DNA from: Chromera velia
Taxonomy: Eukaryota
Assembly (NCBI GenBank): GCA_018398765.1
Contig: JAHBMJ010000046.1
Span: forward strand, 62,001 to 126,000
Reading direction: 5' to 3'
Length of the DNA: 64,000 nucleotides
Below the pieces are notes generated by a model that had not been told where the DNA came from, did not search any database, and saw only the letters and a program-made list of their open reading frames with translations. The first letter of the stretch is position 1, and every line of letters begins with the position of its first letter. Shown in pieces: positions 49,235 through 63,220 of the stretch. A program made the position numbers and the translations under genes.

Positions 49235-50686
49235 ATGGAGACGGAGACGGACATCATCCTTTGTGCTTTTGGCAAAATTGTGCAGTCTTACGTCGAGCAC
49301 GTCAGCGGAGCCCGTCCATCCCCAGAATGCGAGGATTCATCGGGCCTCTTAGCTCCCTCTAGTCTTACAGGAGGGGCGGGGGTGGTTGTGGAACGTTCCA
49401 GCCCGCTCACCAAAAGGGAGAAGGAGACGGCGTTGCCAAAGAATCGGCAGAAGGAAAAGAAGAAGGACTCCCAGGAAGCAGGAGAGTCTCACGAATGTCC
49501 GAAGAAAGGACCAACTGGGTCAAGCGTGGGGGGGGCGAAGGGGCCCTCGAGAGGGTCGGGTTCCTCTCGTCCTTCCATAGAAGTGCGTCCTTGGGCTTCC
49601 TCGCGTGCAGCTCCATCGGAAATGGAAGAGGCAAAGAGACGTGCCCTTGAAGCGGCAAAAAGAGGCGCACTGCAAAGAGCAGAGAAGCAGGCAGAGGAAG
49701 CAAGGACTAGGACAGCAAGCAGACCAAGTGAGGTGGGGGGAGAGTTTAACAAAGCTGCCGGAAGGCCGGGAGAGGGGGTAAAGGAAGCAGGAAAAGGGGA
49801 GGCGACGGAGGGTGGATTGGTGTCGTCTTGCCAGACAGAGAAAGGCGAAGTCGAGAGAAAGCCTGATGGTGCTCGGTTGAAGCCCCTGCCTCTCAACTCG
49901 GGTGAGGGCATTGGGGTGTTGAAGGGGGGGAAGGTGAAAGGGAAGAGATCTTCAGCTGTTGAGGTCTGTACATGGGAACTAGAGGATGAGGACGATGAGC
50001 TTTCGTCCTGTTCCTCTCTGTCTCCCAGGCTGGCGCGGGAGGAAAGGAAAAAAGAAGGGAGGGATTCAGAAGAGAATTCAATCTCCCCTCCCTTCACTGT
50101 GCCCCTCGACCGCTCTCTCCCTCTCCCTGCTGCATATCAAAGAGACACCCGAGAGCTGCAAGCGTCTCCCACTGAGGATGCTTCAAACACTCTACCGGAA
50201 GGGTATCAGCAGGAGGATGGAGAGGGTGTCAGAGATGCTGCCTCGTCGTCGCAGCCGCCATTCCGATCAGTGCCCTTCCTTGCTCCATGGGAAGAGGTCA
50301 CGAAGGAGGAACAGAAAAAGTTTTCAAACCCTCCACTGGTTGGGGTCTCTTTGATCACCCCCGATGGATTTCTTGACTCTGATAGTGGAGGTGGTAGCGA
50401 TGCCATGGAGGGGGAGACAGATGAGGAAGGACATGAATCCGAATCGGAAGAGAGAGTCGAAGAGAGCACTGCCAGGGGGCAGCCTGAGGGCGCCAATGAA
50501 GTTCCTTCTCCACCCCCTGCATTTCGGTGCCTTCACTGCGGATCTTACGCCGTCGAAACCTTCCAAGCAGCCTGCCAGAGGGGGGGGGGGGAGGCAGATC
50601 CTGCATTTGTCTCTTACATGGCGCAATGTGCATCGTACTATTTCCAAAGGAAGCAACAGCTTGAGCAAGGACGACAGCAAACTTGA
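49235..50686 (+). CDS. Intronless, largely disordered hypothetical protein with C-terminal CxxC
   Basis: 483-aa ATG-initiated ORF, divergent from the kinesin. FRCLHCGSYAVETFQAAC near the C-terminus. Confidence 0.7.
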   Translation: METETDIILCAFGKIVQSYVEHVSGARPSPECEDSSGLLAPSSLTGGAGVVVERSSPLTKREKETALPKNRQKEKKKDSQEAGESHECPKKGPTGSSVGGAKGPSRGSGSSRPSIEVRPWASSRAAPSEMEEAKRRALEAAKRGALQRAEKQAEEARTRTASRPSEVGGEFNKAAGRPGEGVKEAGKGEATEGGLVSSCQTEKGEVERKPDGARLKPLPLNSGEGIGVLKGGKVKGKRSSAVEVCTWELEDEDDELSSCSSLSPRLAREERKKEGRDSEENSISPPFTVPLDRSLPLPAAYQRDTRELQASPTEDASNTLPEGYQQEDGEGVRDAASSSQPPFRSVPFLAPWEEVTKEEQKKFSNPPLVGVSLITPDGFLDSDSGGGSDAMEGETDEEGHESESEERVEESTARGQPEGANEVPSPPPAFRCLHCGSYAVETFQAACQRGGGEADPAFVSYMAQCASYYFQRKQQLEQGRQQT

Positions 50687-51062
50687 AGAACTAGTTGAAG
50701 ATTCAATGAAGAACTAAAGCCAGAATTGATAAACAGGTGGGCTGAGAAGTAAGGAAAAACAAAATCACTAAGAACTGTTACAAAAATATATTCGAAGCGT
50801 ATCCTAGAGCATGTCAGCAGAAATAGTTCAGTACTAGTTTCAATGCGTGCGACTAACTTAAAACCAAAGTGTAGGTGTTGAACGTTTATACTTAAAATAT
50901 ATAAATCACTGATGATATGATTTAATTACGTGATATTGCATACTAGATTGCAGACTGTATTACTGTTCTAGTTACTGTTAGATAATAATTATGTTAAGCT
51001 TAGTGTGAAGCTACTAGAGCTACAAGATAGGCTTGGTACAAGCTACTTAAAGCAACTACTAG

Positions 51063-51890
51063 TAGGGTTGCCGATTTTTCCGGTGGTAAAGCAAGCTGAT
51101 TACCGGTTAACCGGTAATTACCGGTAGAGTGGCCGGCCACCGGTAAAAAGTTTGATAAAGGCTGTAGAGATAAAGTATAATTCAAAACCATAGTTTAAAA
51201 AATCTATGTACAATAATAAGCATTTTTTAAAGCATTTTAAGTTATTTGTTCATTCATTTATATGGTCTAACTAGGTTTGACAGTCATTTACGTGTTATAA
51301 ATTAAGTTATCTATGGTTTAAGTGAGACACTAAAGGGCAGCCATGCTGTTTTAAATGATAAAACTGGAAAGACGGATTGCCATTGGCCTCAATAGCATCT
51401 CAGTAGCGTGTTGATGACCAAAAACGGTTCACAATCGGCATAACTCGCCTCCACCAACACTCTTGTGGGCCGCCACGCTATATTTATAGGCACCATGCAA
51501 GTGTAATGCAACAAATCTGACAACCTCGAAGGTGAGCACGTCCTCTCAAAAGAGGTTTTCATATCTTAAGGCCAGGCCACCTGCTAGCTGCCTTTTTACC
51601 TCCGCAATGACTACCGCTTCCGGTTCATAGACCTCCGAACCAGGCAGACAAGCGCAGACAAACAACATATTTTTAAAAGAATCTTAATTCAATTCGTAAA
51701 AGTACCAAAAACGTTGAAAGAAGTCTTTAAAACTAAAGAATAGGAGTTGCACCGCAGGCGAATTTTTTTTTTTGAAGCTTCATTTTCTCCTCATTTTTTT
51801 CTGGTAAAACTTAGGTAAACGGAGTCTATTACCGGTAATCCGGTAATTACCGGTAGAGAGGGGTTGTTACCGGACGAAAAAGCAACCTTG
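51063..51890. mobile_element. Non-autonomous hAT-type DNA transposon (828 bp)
   Basis: Ends TAGGGTTGC...GCAACCTTG. Perfect 8-bp TSD ACTACTAG at 51055-51062 and 51891-51898. Subterminal TACCGGT(A) palindromes clustered at both ends. Confidence 0.88.
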
Positions 51891-54800
51891 ACTACTAGTA
51901 GTCAAATTATTCAAAGTTATAAATTAATGCTATGAATGAATGAATGTAAAATTAATTAATTAAGAGAGTTAATTTAAGCTGGCTAGCATACTACCACATA
52001 CTACCAGTCTATTACAGTTTATTATTTAGGCTCTGGCTAACTGACAACTGCAGGGCATGCCATGCAAGTTTTATTCACGTCTGTCCACCTAGATTGAGAA
52101 CTAGATTGAGAAGGGCATTTAAAACAAAAAACTAATCTAAAGACTATTGCAGTAATACTGGCATTATACTGCATAATCGAGACCTAAATAATACTAAAGA
52201 CGATAGGCTAAATTGAGGCTATGAAAGTTGTTTTAAACTTGTTTATAAAAAAAAAATCAAAAATTAAATTAATCAACCTTTTAAATTACAACAATAATTT
52301 TAATAATTGATTGTATAAATATTGATCTTTACAACCTGAAATACTAGTCAGAAATAGATGTTTGATTGATACAACTCAGGGATATTTAATGCACCTTGTC
52401 AGCAATGCAACCATATGAACCATCTCGTCGGTATCGCGTATGTTCGATCCGACTGTCACGGTTTGCTCGGCATACTATAGTGTACGCATATCCTTGTAGG
52501 GGATGAAATTGAAAGGACGGCCGGAGAACGCAGCTTGTCAGATTGACAGCAGCACTGCGGCAAAGCTGCGTGACGGACTACATCCAGGCGGTCTAACCAC
52601 TTGGAACACGTAACGCACACGCAGACGCATGAACGAACGTATGCATCCATCCATCCATCATTCCCATGCACAATGCCGAAGGCAGTGCGAGCTCTTCTTT
52701 TCTGTCTCCCCTCCAGCTCCTCTTTCATTCTCTCTTGTAGATGTTCCAGATCGACGATCACAGATTCCTTCCTGCCTTTTTATCTGCATGTCAAAACTGT
52801 TTGTTTGCCTTGTTTTCTTTTCGATCACCCACTCGTCGACCACCTCGACAGAAGGATCCTGCTTCAAGCCAGTCAGTCAGAAGACCAGTCAGTCAGGCCA
52901 TCCATCTGCCTTACGATTCTTCTTCTTCTTTTCTTCCAAAATCTGAAAATCTTGTCCTCAATTTTATTATCGTTTGTTTGTGGTTCATCGGGTCTTCTCT
53001 TTTTTTTACTTCCAAGCCAAGCACAAATCGTCACAGCGCTTGCTTCCTTCTTCTTTTCTGTCGTTCGCCGGTAGAGGAGAGGAAGCAAGAGGTTTCTGTT
53101 GCCTTCCTTTTGAGTCGACTTTTACTTCAGTCCTCCTCCTCACTCTCACTGCAAATTTTCCAATGATCGCAGAGTCACGCTTGAAGGTGAGAGAGAGGGT
53201 TCACGCAATGAGTGGTACACAAGCTTTCTTTCTACACGTCCTCATCTTATGTCGTCTGTGGACAGACGGGTGGATGCCTTCAGTTGCGAAAATCTGACGC
53301 ACACATGAATGAACAAATACGCCATGCAGAGAGAGCACACAGGTACGACACTCACTGCTTCATTGACGCACGCACAAATAGATGGATCAGATGAGGACGC
53401 ACGCAACCGTGAATACATACATTTCTTTCTCTTGTGTTGCCTGGAGGGGAGCGTGTGATAGTCACAGCTCTGTTTCTTTTCTGTTCTCTCACACACCAAG
53501 AATAAAGGACAGACGGGCGAATGAATGAATGAATGAATGCGGATGGAGGGAATGGAAGGCGATGAAGAAGGAAGGCGACAAAGAAAGAGACAGGCAGACA
53601 GGGATGGTCCTTTTGACCTTCGTGCAATTCAAGCGAATCACTTTTTTCTGTGGAATTCAATGTCTTCCTTTTCTTTTTCTTTGCCAGATTTCTTCCCTCT
53701 TTGCTTCCTTCCTTTAAACAACCAAAAAAGCGTTCGTTCATTGATTACACACACACATACGCATGCACACACACGCACGCACGCACACATGCATCAATCA
53801 GACATACCGATCGATCAAGAAGACAAGCAAAAGACCAACGCAGCGATCGAAGAAAAAAGAGAACAGATAGAGACGAGGGAGGAGAGGGAACCGTCACGCA
53901 CCATCACACAAGACATCGAGATCGAGACAGGGAGAGACAAAGAGAATGAAAGAAAAGAAAAGAAAAGGCAGAAAGAGAAGACAAAGCTGGATCCCGCGCG
54001 TTTTGCTTTGATCTGACGGTACCGTTTTGCGATTGTCTATCTCTGTGGATGAAGGCGCAAAGAAGAGACGAGAGAAGAGGAGAGAGGAAAGAAAAGTCTG
54101 GACAACTGAGTTTTCATGTTCATGATCAATTGGGTTCTTTGAAAGCCATTTTCTGTTGTCTATGTCGATCAGTGTGTGTCAATGCATGATTTTTCCGAGA
54201 CAAGAGGCAGACGGGGACCGTTTGACTGCATTTTCTTTTATTTTTCTTTCTTTCTGCGAGTGTTTCCTCTGGCTCCGTGGCTGCACAACCTCTTTCTGTT
54301 TGCCACTAGGAGACGGAGGCAGGGGAAGAGGAAGAGAGGGAACCGGACAGGCAGGCTACTCTTCTTCTCTTGACTATCCCTCCGCATTCTCTTTGACTGG
54401 TTGGTTGACAGATCCGAGTCGAGGGTTACATGGGCAAGAAAGAGGGAGAGTGACGCAACAGTGACTTTGCACCTCATGCGCTGAACCCTTCCCACTCCCT
54501 TGCCGTGTCCCCTCTATCTGTTCGTTCATCTCACTCACCCTTTTCCGTCTCTGTCCTTCCTGTGCCTGTTTGTTTCTCTGATTCTCACAGCATCTATTGG
54601 TGCCTCCTACCTCCTTTGTCGGACAACCTTGTCAGTCGGAAAGACTCCCGAGAGGAAAGAAGGATTGAAGGAAGGGATGCAAGACAGTAACAGCAAGAGA
54701 GAGAGAATAATGGGCAGATAAACAACCATCCATCATCTCAGGGACGGTCTTCTTTCTACCGTCCCGGGCCTCGACAGATGCACAACAAAAAAGCTCCGTC

Positions 54801-57516
54801 GATCGATCGATTGATCGATCAAGCCATCCTTCATTCCACAAGCAAGAATGCATGAAGAGTTCGCAACACAGCACAGAAGAGAAGGAGCGCTTGTAAAAGC
54901 CTGACATGCATCTCTCCTCTCTTGATGTCTTTCTCTTCTCTCTCACCCCCATTTTTTCTCTGTGGACTTGCAGAAGACAGTGAGACAGTCAGTACCTCCA
55001 GAAAGGCCGAAAGCTCGACACGAGGGATGGATAGCGAGTGAGTGAATCTTCATTTCGTTCCAACCCATCTTTGAGGCCTTCGCACAAGCCTTCACTGACA
55101 CCGCAATGGATGCAAGCACGTTTGGTCATGAATGAAGCAAGATGGACTTCTGTCTGTCTGTCAGGCAGCACGAAGGAAGGAAGAGATGACAGGATGATGA
55201 GGGATGCCACCCACAGACAGAACGAAGAAGAACGAAGAGCGCACAACGAGGAAGAGAGGACAGAAGAGAAGAGAGAAGAAGAACAGCTCTAGGAGCTCAC
55301 CCACGTAAGTCATAGAAAGGCATACATGACGTGCAAACTTGTCAGGAAGAAAGAAAGATGGAGGACAGCGAAAAGACAGGAAGGAAGAAAAAAAGACAGC
55401 AGGAAAAAGAATGGGAGAATGACAACATGCAGAAAAGTATGGGCGCGGGTATTTCTTATCTTTCCTTGCTTTTTTCGATTTTGTTGTCCTACGCCCTTTT
55501 GTGTCTCTCCTTGAGCAGCAGATGATTGTTCGGCTTCATCTGCTTTTCACAACTCCTTTTTTTTTCAGATCTGAAAATGCCCCAACCAATACATGCAAGG
55601 AACCAACCTCCACCTTTTTTTACACGTACTCAGACAGGAACAGAGTAGGCCTTCCACACGTGAATGCGAAAACACTCTGACCATGATTTTCTGGATTGCA
55701 TACAGTCGCAGGCACAGGCACAGTCGGTCGGTCACAGAATGCAGACAGGCAGGAAGGTGGGTAGAGAGATGTTTACTTTTCTCACAATAAACCTTTTGTG
55801 TTGTTGCTTCTTTGTTTCTTTCTCTTTTTTTGCGGGGCGCTAGTGGACACGAGTGAGCAGGAGAAAAGAAAAAAGATCGGGGGCTATCCCCGGTAGGAGG
55901 GAAAGCGAAGGGACAGGGCAAGCAGGCAGGCAGACTGCGGCTCTTTGCGCTGTTGCGAGGGAGGGGAATTAAGAAGGACCCCTCTCTCCCACACTGTCTG
56001 TCTGCTCTACTCAGCTCAGCTCAGCTCTGCGAGTGGAGGGAGGGAACGAAATTGCATGGGTGCGTGTGTTTCTGTCTGTCTATCTGTCTTTTTACTTTCA
56101 TTCGAATTACGATGCGATTGGAGTTGGCAGCCCGAGTCCGCCCATGCACTGACCGACCACGCTGTCTAACTCTCACGCTCTCCCTTCTTCCGAACAACAC
56201 CCACCTTCTTCGTTGCACGTTTTCGATAAGGCAACCGCAACCGATTTTTTGAAACCTTTTCTTTTCAATACATGTCTGTTGCTTTTATGTTTCCCCCCTT
56301 CTATTCGAATTCACCAAAAGTGCAAGAAAAACAAATAAAGGCTACATACAATAAGCAGGAAAGAAAGACCATATGACAAGGCGCAACCGTCCTTCTCCTT
56401 CGAACCCTTCCCCCCCTTTGGATCAGGAGTTGCATGGGAAAGAAAAGAGTGGGGACAGAACCATACCCGTCTCATTCAGTAGCAGCAGAAAAAACCACCA
56501 AACGGAGCACACGGCACCGCTCGGCGGATGATGAAGAAAGCTGACCGAAAGTCGACCGACAGGCCTGCCACCCATTAAAAAAACCGACCAGGAGGTGAAC
56601 TCCTCGCAGGCCAGCTAACGTACAGGGCATTTTCGCATCTTCAGATCAACCCTCTTCCTCTGCCATCCCAGACGCAGACAGAAAAACAAATCAACAAGTT
56701 AACCACCACCCCCCCCCCCCCCCCCCCCCTCATTCCTCTTTCCCTTCTGGATGAAGACAGACGACCACTGTGTTTTCTAGTGGTGTTGAGTTGCCATTTC
56801 GCAATCAACCCACCGACTGTCCCCCCCCTTCCTTCCTTCCTGTTTGCGCCTTCTGACCCAGGGATGCATGACGTCACTCAAAAAAGGAAAGACCGACGTC
56901 AAAAAAAGAAAAAAGGAAGAGACATCATTCAAGGCGGACCACGCTAGAAAGCCTGTTGGCAATGAGGAAGACAAAAAGACAAGAAGAGAAAGAAAGAAAG
57001 AAAGAAAGAAGTGCGCGAGTAAGGAACGAAAGGAAAGGGGCAGGACGGAATTTTACCGAATCAAATCCCCTATCACCTCCATCAAGATTCCTCCCGGTTC
57101 CCTTCATTTCTTCTTTCACAAAGTCTGTCTGACAGCCCCCCTCCCTCTATCCTGCCTCCAGGCATCCAGCGTGACTCACCCCCCTCTGTTCGATCTCTTC
57201 AACGATCTCACCCCTGACACCCCACTTCTTCTCTTTCAATCGTTTCGTTTCTTTCTTTCCTTCTTTCTGTGTATCCATCTCTTCAAGATGATCATCGAAT
57301 TCGACCGGCCTCTTTCTCTTCCACTCCCCCCCTTCCCTTCACCCCCCTTCCGACAAGAGAAGAAAGCCCAGCCTCTTATGGAGGCAGCAGAGAAATCCAG
57401 CGCCCCCCTTTGTTCCTTTTGTTTTGCTGCTGTCTTTCCCAAAGTGCCATCACACACATGCACGTACGCACATACGAAGAACCAAGCAAAGAAAGAAAGA
57501 AAAACAGACAGAGCTC

Positions 57517-59701
57517 TCAAGCCCACTCTGGTGTCTCGCTTCCACTCCTCCTGTATCCTCCCCCACCGCCACCGCCATGCGCCCATCTTCCCCTACTGCC
57601 CCCCCCCCTTCCACCAGAGCTGGAGCCTTCTCCCCCTCCTCGTTGGGGCCTTCTGTTGCTGCTGCCCTCATTCACGCCACGTCCCCCTCCCCCTACTTCC
57701 CCCCAAATGAAGGGCTCTGGATGGCTTCCATTGGGGGGCGGGCCTGACCCTCCTGAGCTGCTTTGCATTCTGTGGGGGGGCGGATCCCCCCCTCCGTTGC
57801 TTCTCACAGGCATCCAGGACCCGCTGCCTGAACTTGAGGCTCCCGGACGGTCACCACCCGCACTCTCTCTGTCTCTGTCTGGCAGCTTCACTATCCCTCC
57901 ACCGGACTGAGACTGAGACTGCTGATCCTGCTGCCCTCCTCTCCCTCTGCCCCTCGAAGTCCGTCCATTCCGACCGCCTCCAGAGGAAGTCGGACGGCCA
58001 CGAAGACCGGAACCCGAGGAACCTCCCCTTCCTCCGACGGAGGCGGAATTGGACCCCCCCCCTCCCCCACGGCCCCCCCCTCGAGGAGGAGCCCCCGACT
58101 GCTGCTGGGGGGAGGTTGAGCGTGAGGGACTCGGGCTGGTTCGAGGGATGAACACAGGTGCGTCGGCCTTCAGCTGCGTCGCATTTGCACCGTAGTCGCT
58201 TCCGGGGCCGGGAGGTGGGTGGGGAGGTGGGAGAGATGTAGGCGAAAAGCCCGGGGGGGCATTTCTTGGAGGGTGCGTTGGGGTCCCTCCAAAGCTGAGG
58301 ATGGGGGACGTGTTGTTGCTCCCCCTTGAGGGTTCCCCCTGTGAGGCAAACAGCGCTGCGACTGCAGGTGCCATTCCCCCCGTCTGCGTTCCTCTCGTTC
58401 CCTCTCTGTAAGAACGGGAAGAAGCCCCGTCGCCGGGCGGACGTGGAAGGACTGCGGCACTTGGAGAGTGCGATGGGGAGGGCCCTGATGACCTGTGACG
58501 TCCTGATCGATCCCATTCACCCCCTGTGGCTTCGGGGAGGGGAGGGGGTGGGGGCTGTGGTTGGAAATTGCTGCTCCTCTGTGAGCTTGAGATCCCTCCA
58601 CTGGGGTGGCGCGCCACTTGGACGGACATGTCCTCTGGAAGTGGCGGCGGGTGCTGTGCAGCTGGGGGTGGAGGGAGGAACTGCAGCAGGGGTGATCCTC
58701 TCTGTGGCTGCTGATGTTGCTGTTGGAGTGAGGAGGAATCCTTCTGGGGGGGCATCAGGGCCCCAACGGGAGCTTGGGGTTTCTCATTCGAGGGCCCACC
58801 GGAAATTCCAAACGAGTGTGCCTGAGCAGCCTGCTGTGAGGCCCCGACGGGAGAAAACCACTCAGGCATTTCCTCCTCCTCTTCTCCCGAAGGATGTTGA
58901 GAGGGAAGTTGGGGAGGGGAAGCTCCTGATGGATGCCGACCGATGAGAGGGGCCTCAGGAGGAGAACTCATCCACCCCCTCCCCCCCACACTCCCACTAG
59001 CGTGCGGGAGGCCCATCATGCTTCCACTCCCCCCGGAAGAAAGCCGTGTCCGTCGAGGACCCGCTGCTTCGGGTCTACCCGACATGCTTCCCGCACTTCC
59101 TGGAGGAGCCAGAACGTCGGGGCGATTGGCGGATCCAGGGCGGATCGGGGCAGGGGAGTGAGTGGGGTAGGGGGGGACTTGTGGCGGCTGTTGATTGCTC
59201 GGGTGTTGAGACGTTGGAGGAGGGGGTGGGTGGGAACGAAGGGAGGCCGAGGCTGGCCCACTGCTCGCTGTCCCGGTCTCCCTCCCTCCTGAGACGATCC
59301 CGGCCAGCGGAAGGGACATGGGCGGAGTTTCGAATTTTCTCGAAGATGAGGATGCGGATGCGTACTGCATCTGACCAGAGGAGCCCGGTGAAAGGCCGGC
59401 AGTCTGCGGGTTGAGGTTCATCAGGGCAGGTGAACCCCTTGAGAATCTCTCGGGAGTGCGTCTGATTTGGTCAGGAGTATCAAGGTGGGAGCCGCCCCTG
59501 TTGGACAAACTGCTCGGAGGGTTATCTGCTGGGTGGGGGGGCGGTGAGGGGGGCAGAGAGGAGTTGGTCGAAATACGGGAGCGTGCAGGCAGAGGACCCC
59601 CCGACATGGGGGGGACCTGAGGCTCTTTCTGGAGACAGAAAGGGAGACGCTCCGGGCTCCCAGAGACATCACTGCCTCTCGAGGAGGTTCCCCTCTGCAT
59701 C

Positions 59702-59732
<31 letters not shown>

Positions 59733-62437
59733 ACTTAACGCATTTGTACACATACACAGAGAGGCAGACAGACAGCGGGAGAAACGATCAAACACTTTTC
59801 TGAGTGATCGAGCAGAACGCAAACGTCGAACAAAACCTCGCACCAACCGCAGGCATACATATGTTTATCAGGAAGAAGGCTCAGCAGACAGGCTGCCATA
59901 CTTCAATCTGTCCCACGCTCTTGCTGTGTGTGCTGGGCGTCGACTTACCCTTGTTCGATTTCTCTTCCTGTGTCGCCTCTTCTTGATCTTCGGGGGATGC
60001 CACTCGTGACAGAACAGACAGGCTTTGTCGTTTCGACACCCCTTGTTGTGCACAAACACGCAGGGCTTGCAGAGGCCCAGATCGTGAGTCATCGAGCCAA
60101 CTGCAGGAAGAGGCAAACGATCGATGAGTGTATAGAGAAGACGGAAGGAGGGAGAGCGGGGTGATTCAAGGATCAAGGAAAAATGGACAGGTGTCAAGCA
60201 TTCCTGACTGAAATGAAGTCTCAAGAGCACATGTGACGAGAGACAGCGCAAAACCATCCGTGCACTCCTTGCCTGATACGTGCCTTGACTTTGAAAAGCG
60301 ATCCTCACAGAGACCGAAAGTCAACACCTGAGTCAACTCTTCACCAAAAGATCATCGGCGGGAGAGATGTAAAAATTCCGTTCTCTCCGAACGGTCAGAA
60401 TCCCCTTGTCCATGCATCCATCTGTCTGCTGACTTACTGACTGACTTGACTTTGCATTAGCTCCGGAAGAGTCCAAAAGTTTGGACGAGTCGATGAACTT
60501 GTGTGCTTCTGCAGGGGTGATGTTTTCAGGAATTCCCATTTGTCGTCTCCTCTCTCTCCTCCTCTCCTCCTCTTCTTCATCGACCTCGTCCTCATCTCCG
60601 TCACTCTCCTCATCCCCATCTGAATCTGACGGTGCTTCGTCCCCATCTGTGCTTTTCCCGTCCTGCAGGCAGGCACGTACACATTCATGCAGGCATGCAG
60701 ACAGACAGAAAGACGGGCTTCATGAAAAGGAAAGCACGGGCAAAATCGCGACAAAACAAACCATCGACCGTCAGAAACTTTATCCTCTCACACGATGCCA
60801 CACCATGCAAAGAAGTAAGTACGTGCGGTCCGAACCTCGAGCCAACAACCGACACGCCCACAACGAATTCGAAACCTTCAATCAATGAGAGCCGACCCAC
60901 CCTTGCTCGTGCCTCCCTCTCGACCCTCTGAGCGAACACCTGCTCCACCGAGTCCGTCACTTGCCATCTTGGACTGCGGTCCGCCCTGTCAACGACTCGG
61001 CCCACTTGTCCTCCCTGCCCGTGCTGCCCCTGCCCTCCCCCCATGCCAATCCCTCCACGACCCTGCTGATGCTCCTGCCCACGCCTCTGCCCTGCCTGCC
61101 CCGGCACAGCTGCCGCCGCAGTGGCAGAAAACTTCCCCTTCTGCTCGAACGATACCCTCCCCTCTGTCTGCTGGGGATTCTGAGGAGCCTGTCCGGACCC
61201 AACATACTGCTGGTGAAGGAAGGTCGGGGCGTGTCTGCCGCTCGTGTTCAAACCTGCCGCATGATCCTGAGAGGGGAAGGCTGCAAGGAACGGGAAGAGG
61301 TCTCCAGACGCGGACGGCTTTACAGCCGCGGATGCAGAGGTTCTCGACACGTCACCACTGGCGGCAACGCCATCATCGTGGGGGGAGAAACGGCGGAAGG
61401 CATCGACAGACATCGACTGCAAGCAAGCAAGCAAGCAGGGAAAGACGAGAGCAACAGGCAGAGGACGGTGTGCGTACAAAAAGCGGGAAAGAGGGATTAA
61501 AGGGCAGTGGTCAACTTACAGATGCCCAACGGGTCTTTCTCTCAGTACACTGAAGAAGGAAAGAAAGGCAGAAAGAAAGTTTCTCTGCAAGTGTCTGACT
61601 GTCGATACTGTCTGTTCCTGTTTGTCTGTGTCCGCTCTCACACCTGCCTCTTCACAGACAGTCGGTGTGTGAATTTTTTAAGATGACATTCATCTACAGA
61701 TACGATTTGCCTACCGGAGTCCCAAACAACCTCCACTCTCGCTGCAACTGACCCTTCCAGAGCTCATCCGTCGCCACCCAAAGCTGACGCGCCTTCCACT
61801 TGGAGAGTAAACTCCGGCCCCTCCCATCTGCGTACTCACGGGCGAAGCACCTGGGTACCCAGCAGGCACAGCGGTTGCAGCCTGTCCCCATCCGCCTGCA
61901 AAGTTTCCTCGCAGGGCTTCTGGAGGCATATTCATGTTCAGCACTCCTGGCTGAACTTTGTAGTCTTCCGCAATGCGATGCTGCTGCCTCTGCACCTCAT
62001 GGCCAGACCCGGCCTCAGCCTCCGCAACTTCTCCTTCACTCACAGCGACAGGCATGATTTGAGGAGAGTCTGGGGTCTGTGCTGTTGCTGTTGTGTGTCT
62101 GACAGGACTTCCAGTTGCCGCTTGACTGGGGGAGTTGTCAGAATGCGAATCTGAAGTCGCCCCTCCAACGGTTGAGGCGGGGGGGCCACCGGAAGATTGA
62201 AATGCTTGCTCGCCTGCGTGGTTTGAGTTGTGCCCGTCGGTGGGCGGAATGCGCATTTTCTGCATTTGGGGCAAGAGAAAGGGTCACGAGAAACACCAAG
62301 ACAGGTCAGTAACTTTTATGCAACAGAAGACTTGTCTCCTTAAGGACTCATCGAAGTGGATTCGGTGCGGCAAGTCAAGCATAAGGGCTTACCTCAGAAA
62401 TGCCGTCAGGTAGCGCCACAATGTTTTGGGCGGTCAT
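57517..62437 (-). CDS. Multi-exon CCCH-type zinc-finger protein with PAM2-like motif and RGG-rich tail (likely RNA regulator)
   Basis: Probable ATG at 62437. Exon ~59940-60100 encodes GSMTHDLGLCKPCVFVHNKGCRNDKACLFCHEWHPPKIKKRRHRKR. The long last exon has QLKADAPVFIPR and RGGGRGG tracts. Confidence 0.75.
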
Positions 62438-63220
62438 TTACTTTCTGACCGACGACACGAAGTTTGCCGAGGCAAAAGTCCTAAGCATCGAAACCGAAGA
62501 TGCAAATCGAAACAAAAGAAGTCAACTCAAACTGCGATTCCACTGTCCCTAAACTTTTCTTTGTCTCACCCTCACCCGGTATCCCTGACTCTCGATGATT
62601 CCAGTCCTCTGTGAACTAGGATTCTGCTTCAACTTTCCCTCTTCAATCCCGATCAACAACAATAAAGCCGAATCAGTCGGAAAAGCGTTGTCGACGTGTT
62701 CTGATTCAGTGAACTGCATGGGGCACTAACTAATTCAGCAGCTGGACTTTGATGGAGCACACACCACAAAGTGTGTCACTGAAAGTGAATTCCATGTATG
62801 GCCAGCTTCCAATATCTTCAAGGCGTGCGCCCTCGGTTTGGCCCGCCTTCTTATGCGAATAATTCAGCGAGGCCAGACTGGGGCCTGCAATGGAGACCAT
62901 TCTGCCATCCGATACTGTACCGCATTTCTGTTGCCGAAGCTGCGAGACGGCACGCGCAGCTAGCGTGCGTCAAAGCTAGGAGAGGCCGGAAAGCCGTCGC
63001 GGTCGGCCCCCCGTCACGGCAGCCGAGGCATCCGATCGAGTCATCCCAAAAACGACCAAGCCTGCACAACATGCAGCCCACGTTGACAAAAGGAAAGGCC
63101 TGTCTCGATCTGTTTCAGCACGGCATGCAGACATCAGAGACCCTCCAGTTTCTCTCCAGCGCAGGAGACGACTGTGTTCGCCACGACGGCTTTATTGTGG
63201 CTTCGGCCAGAGCTCAGGTT

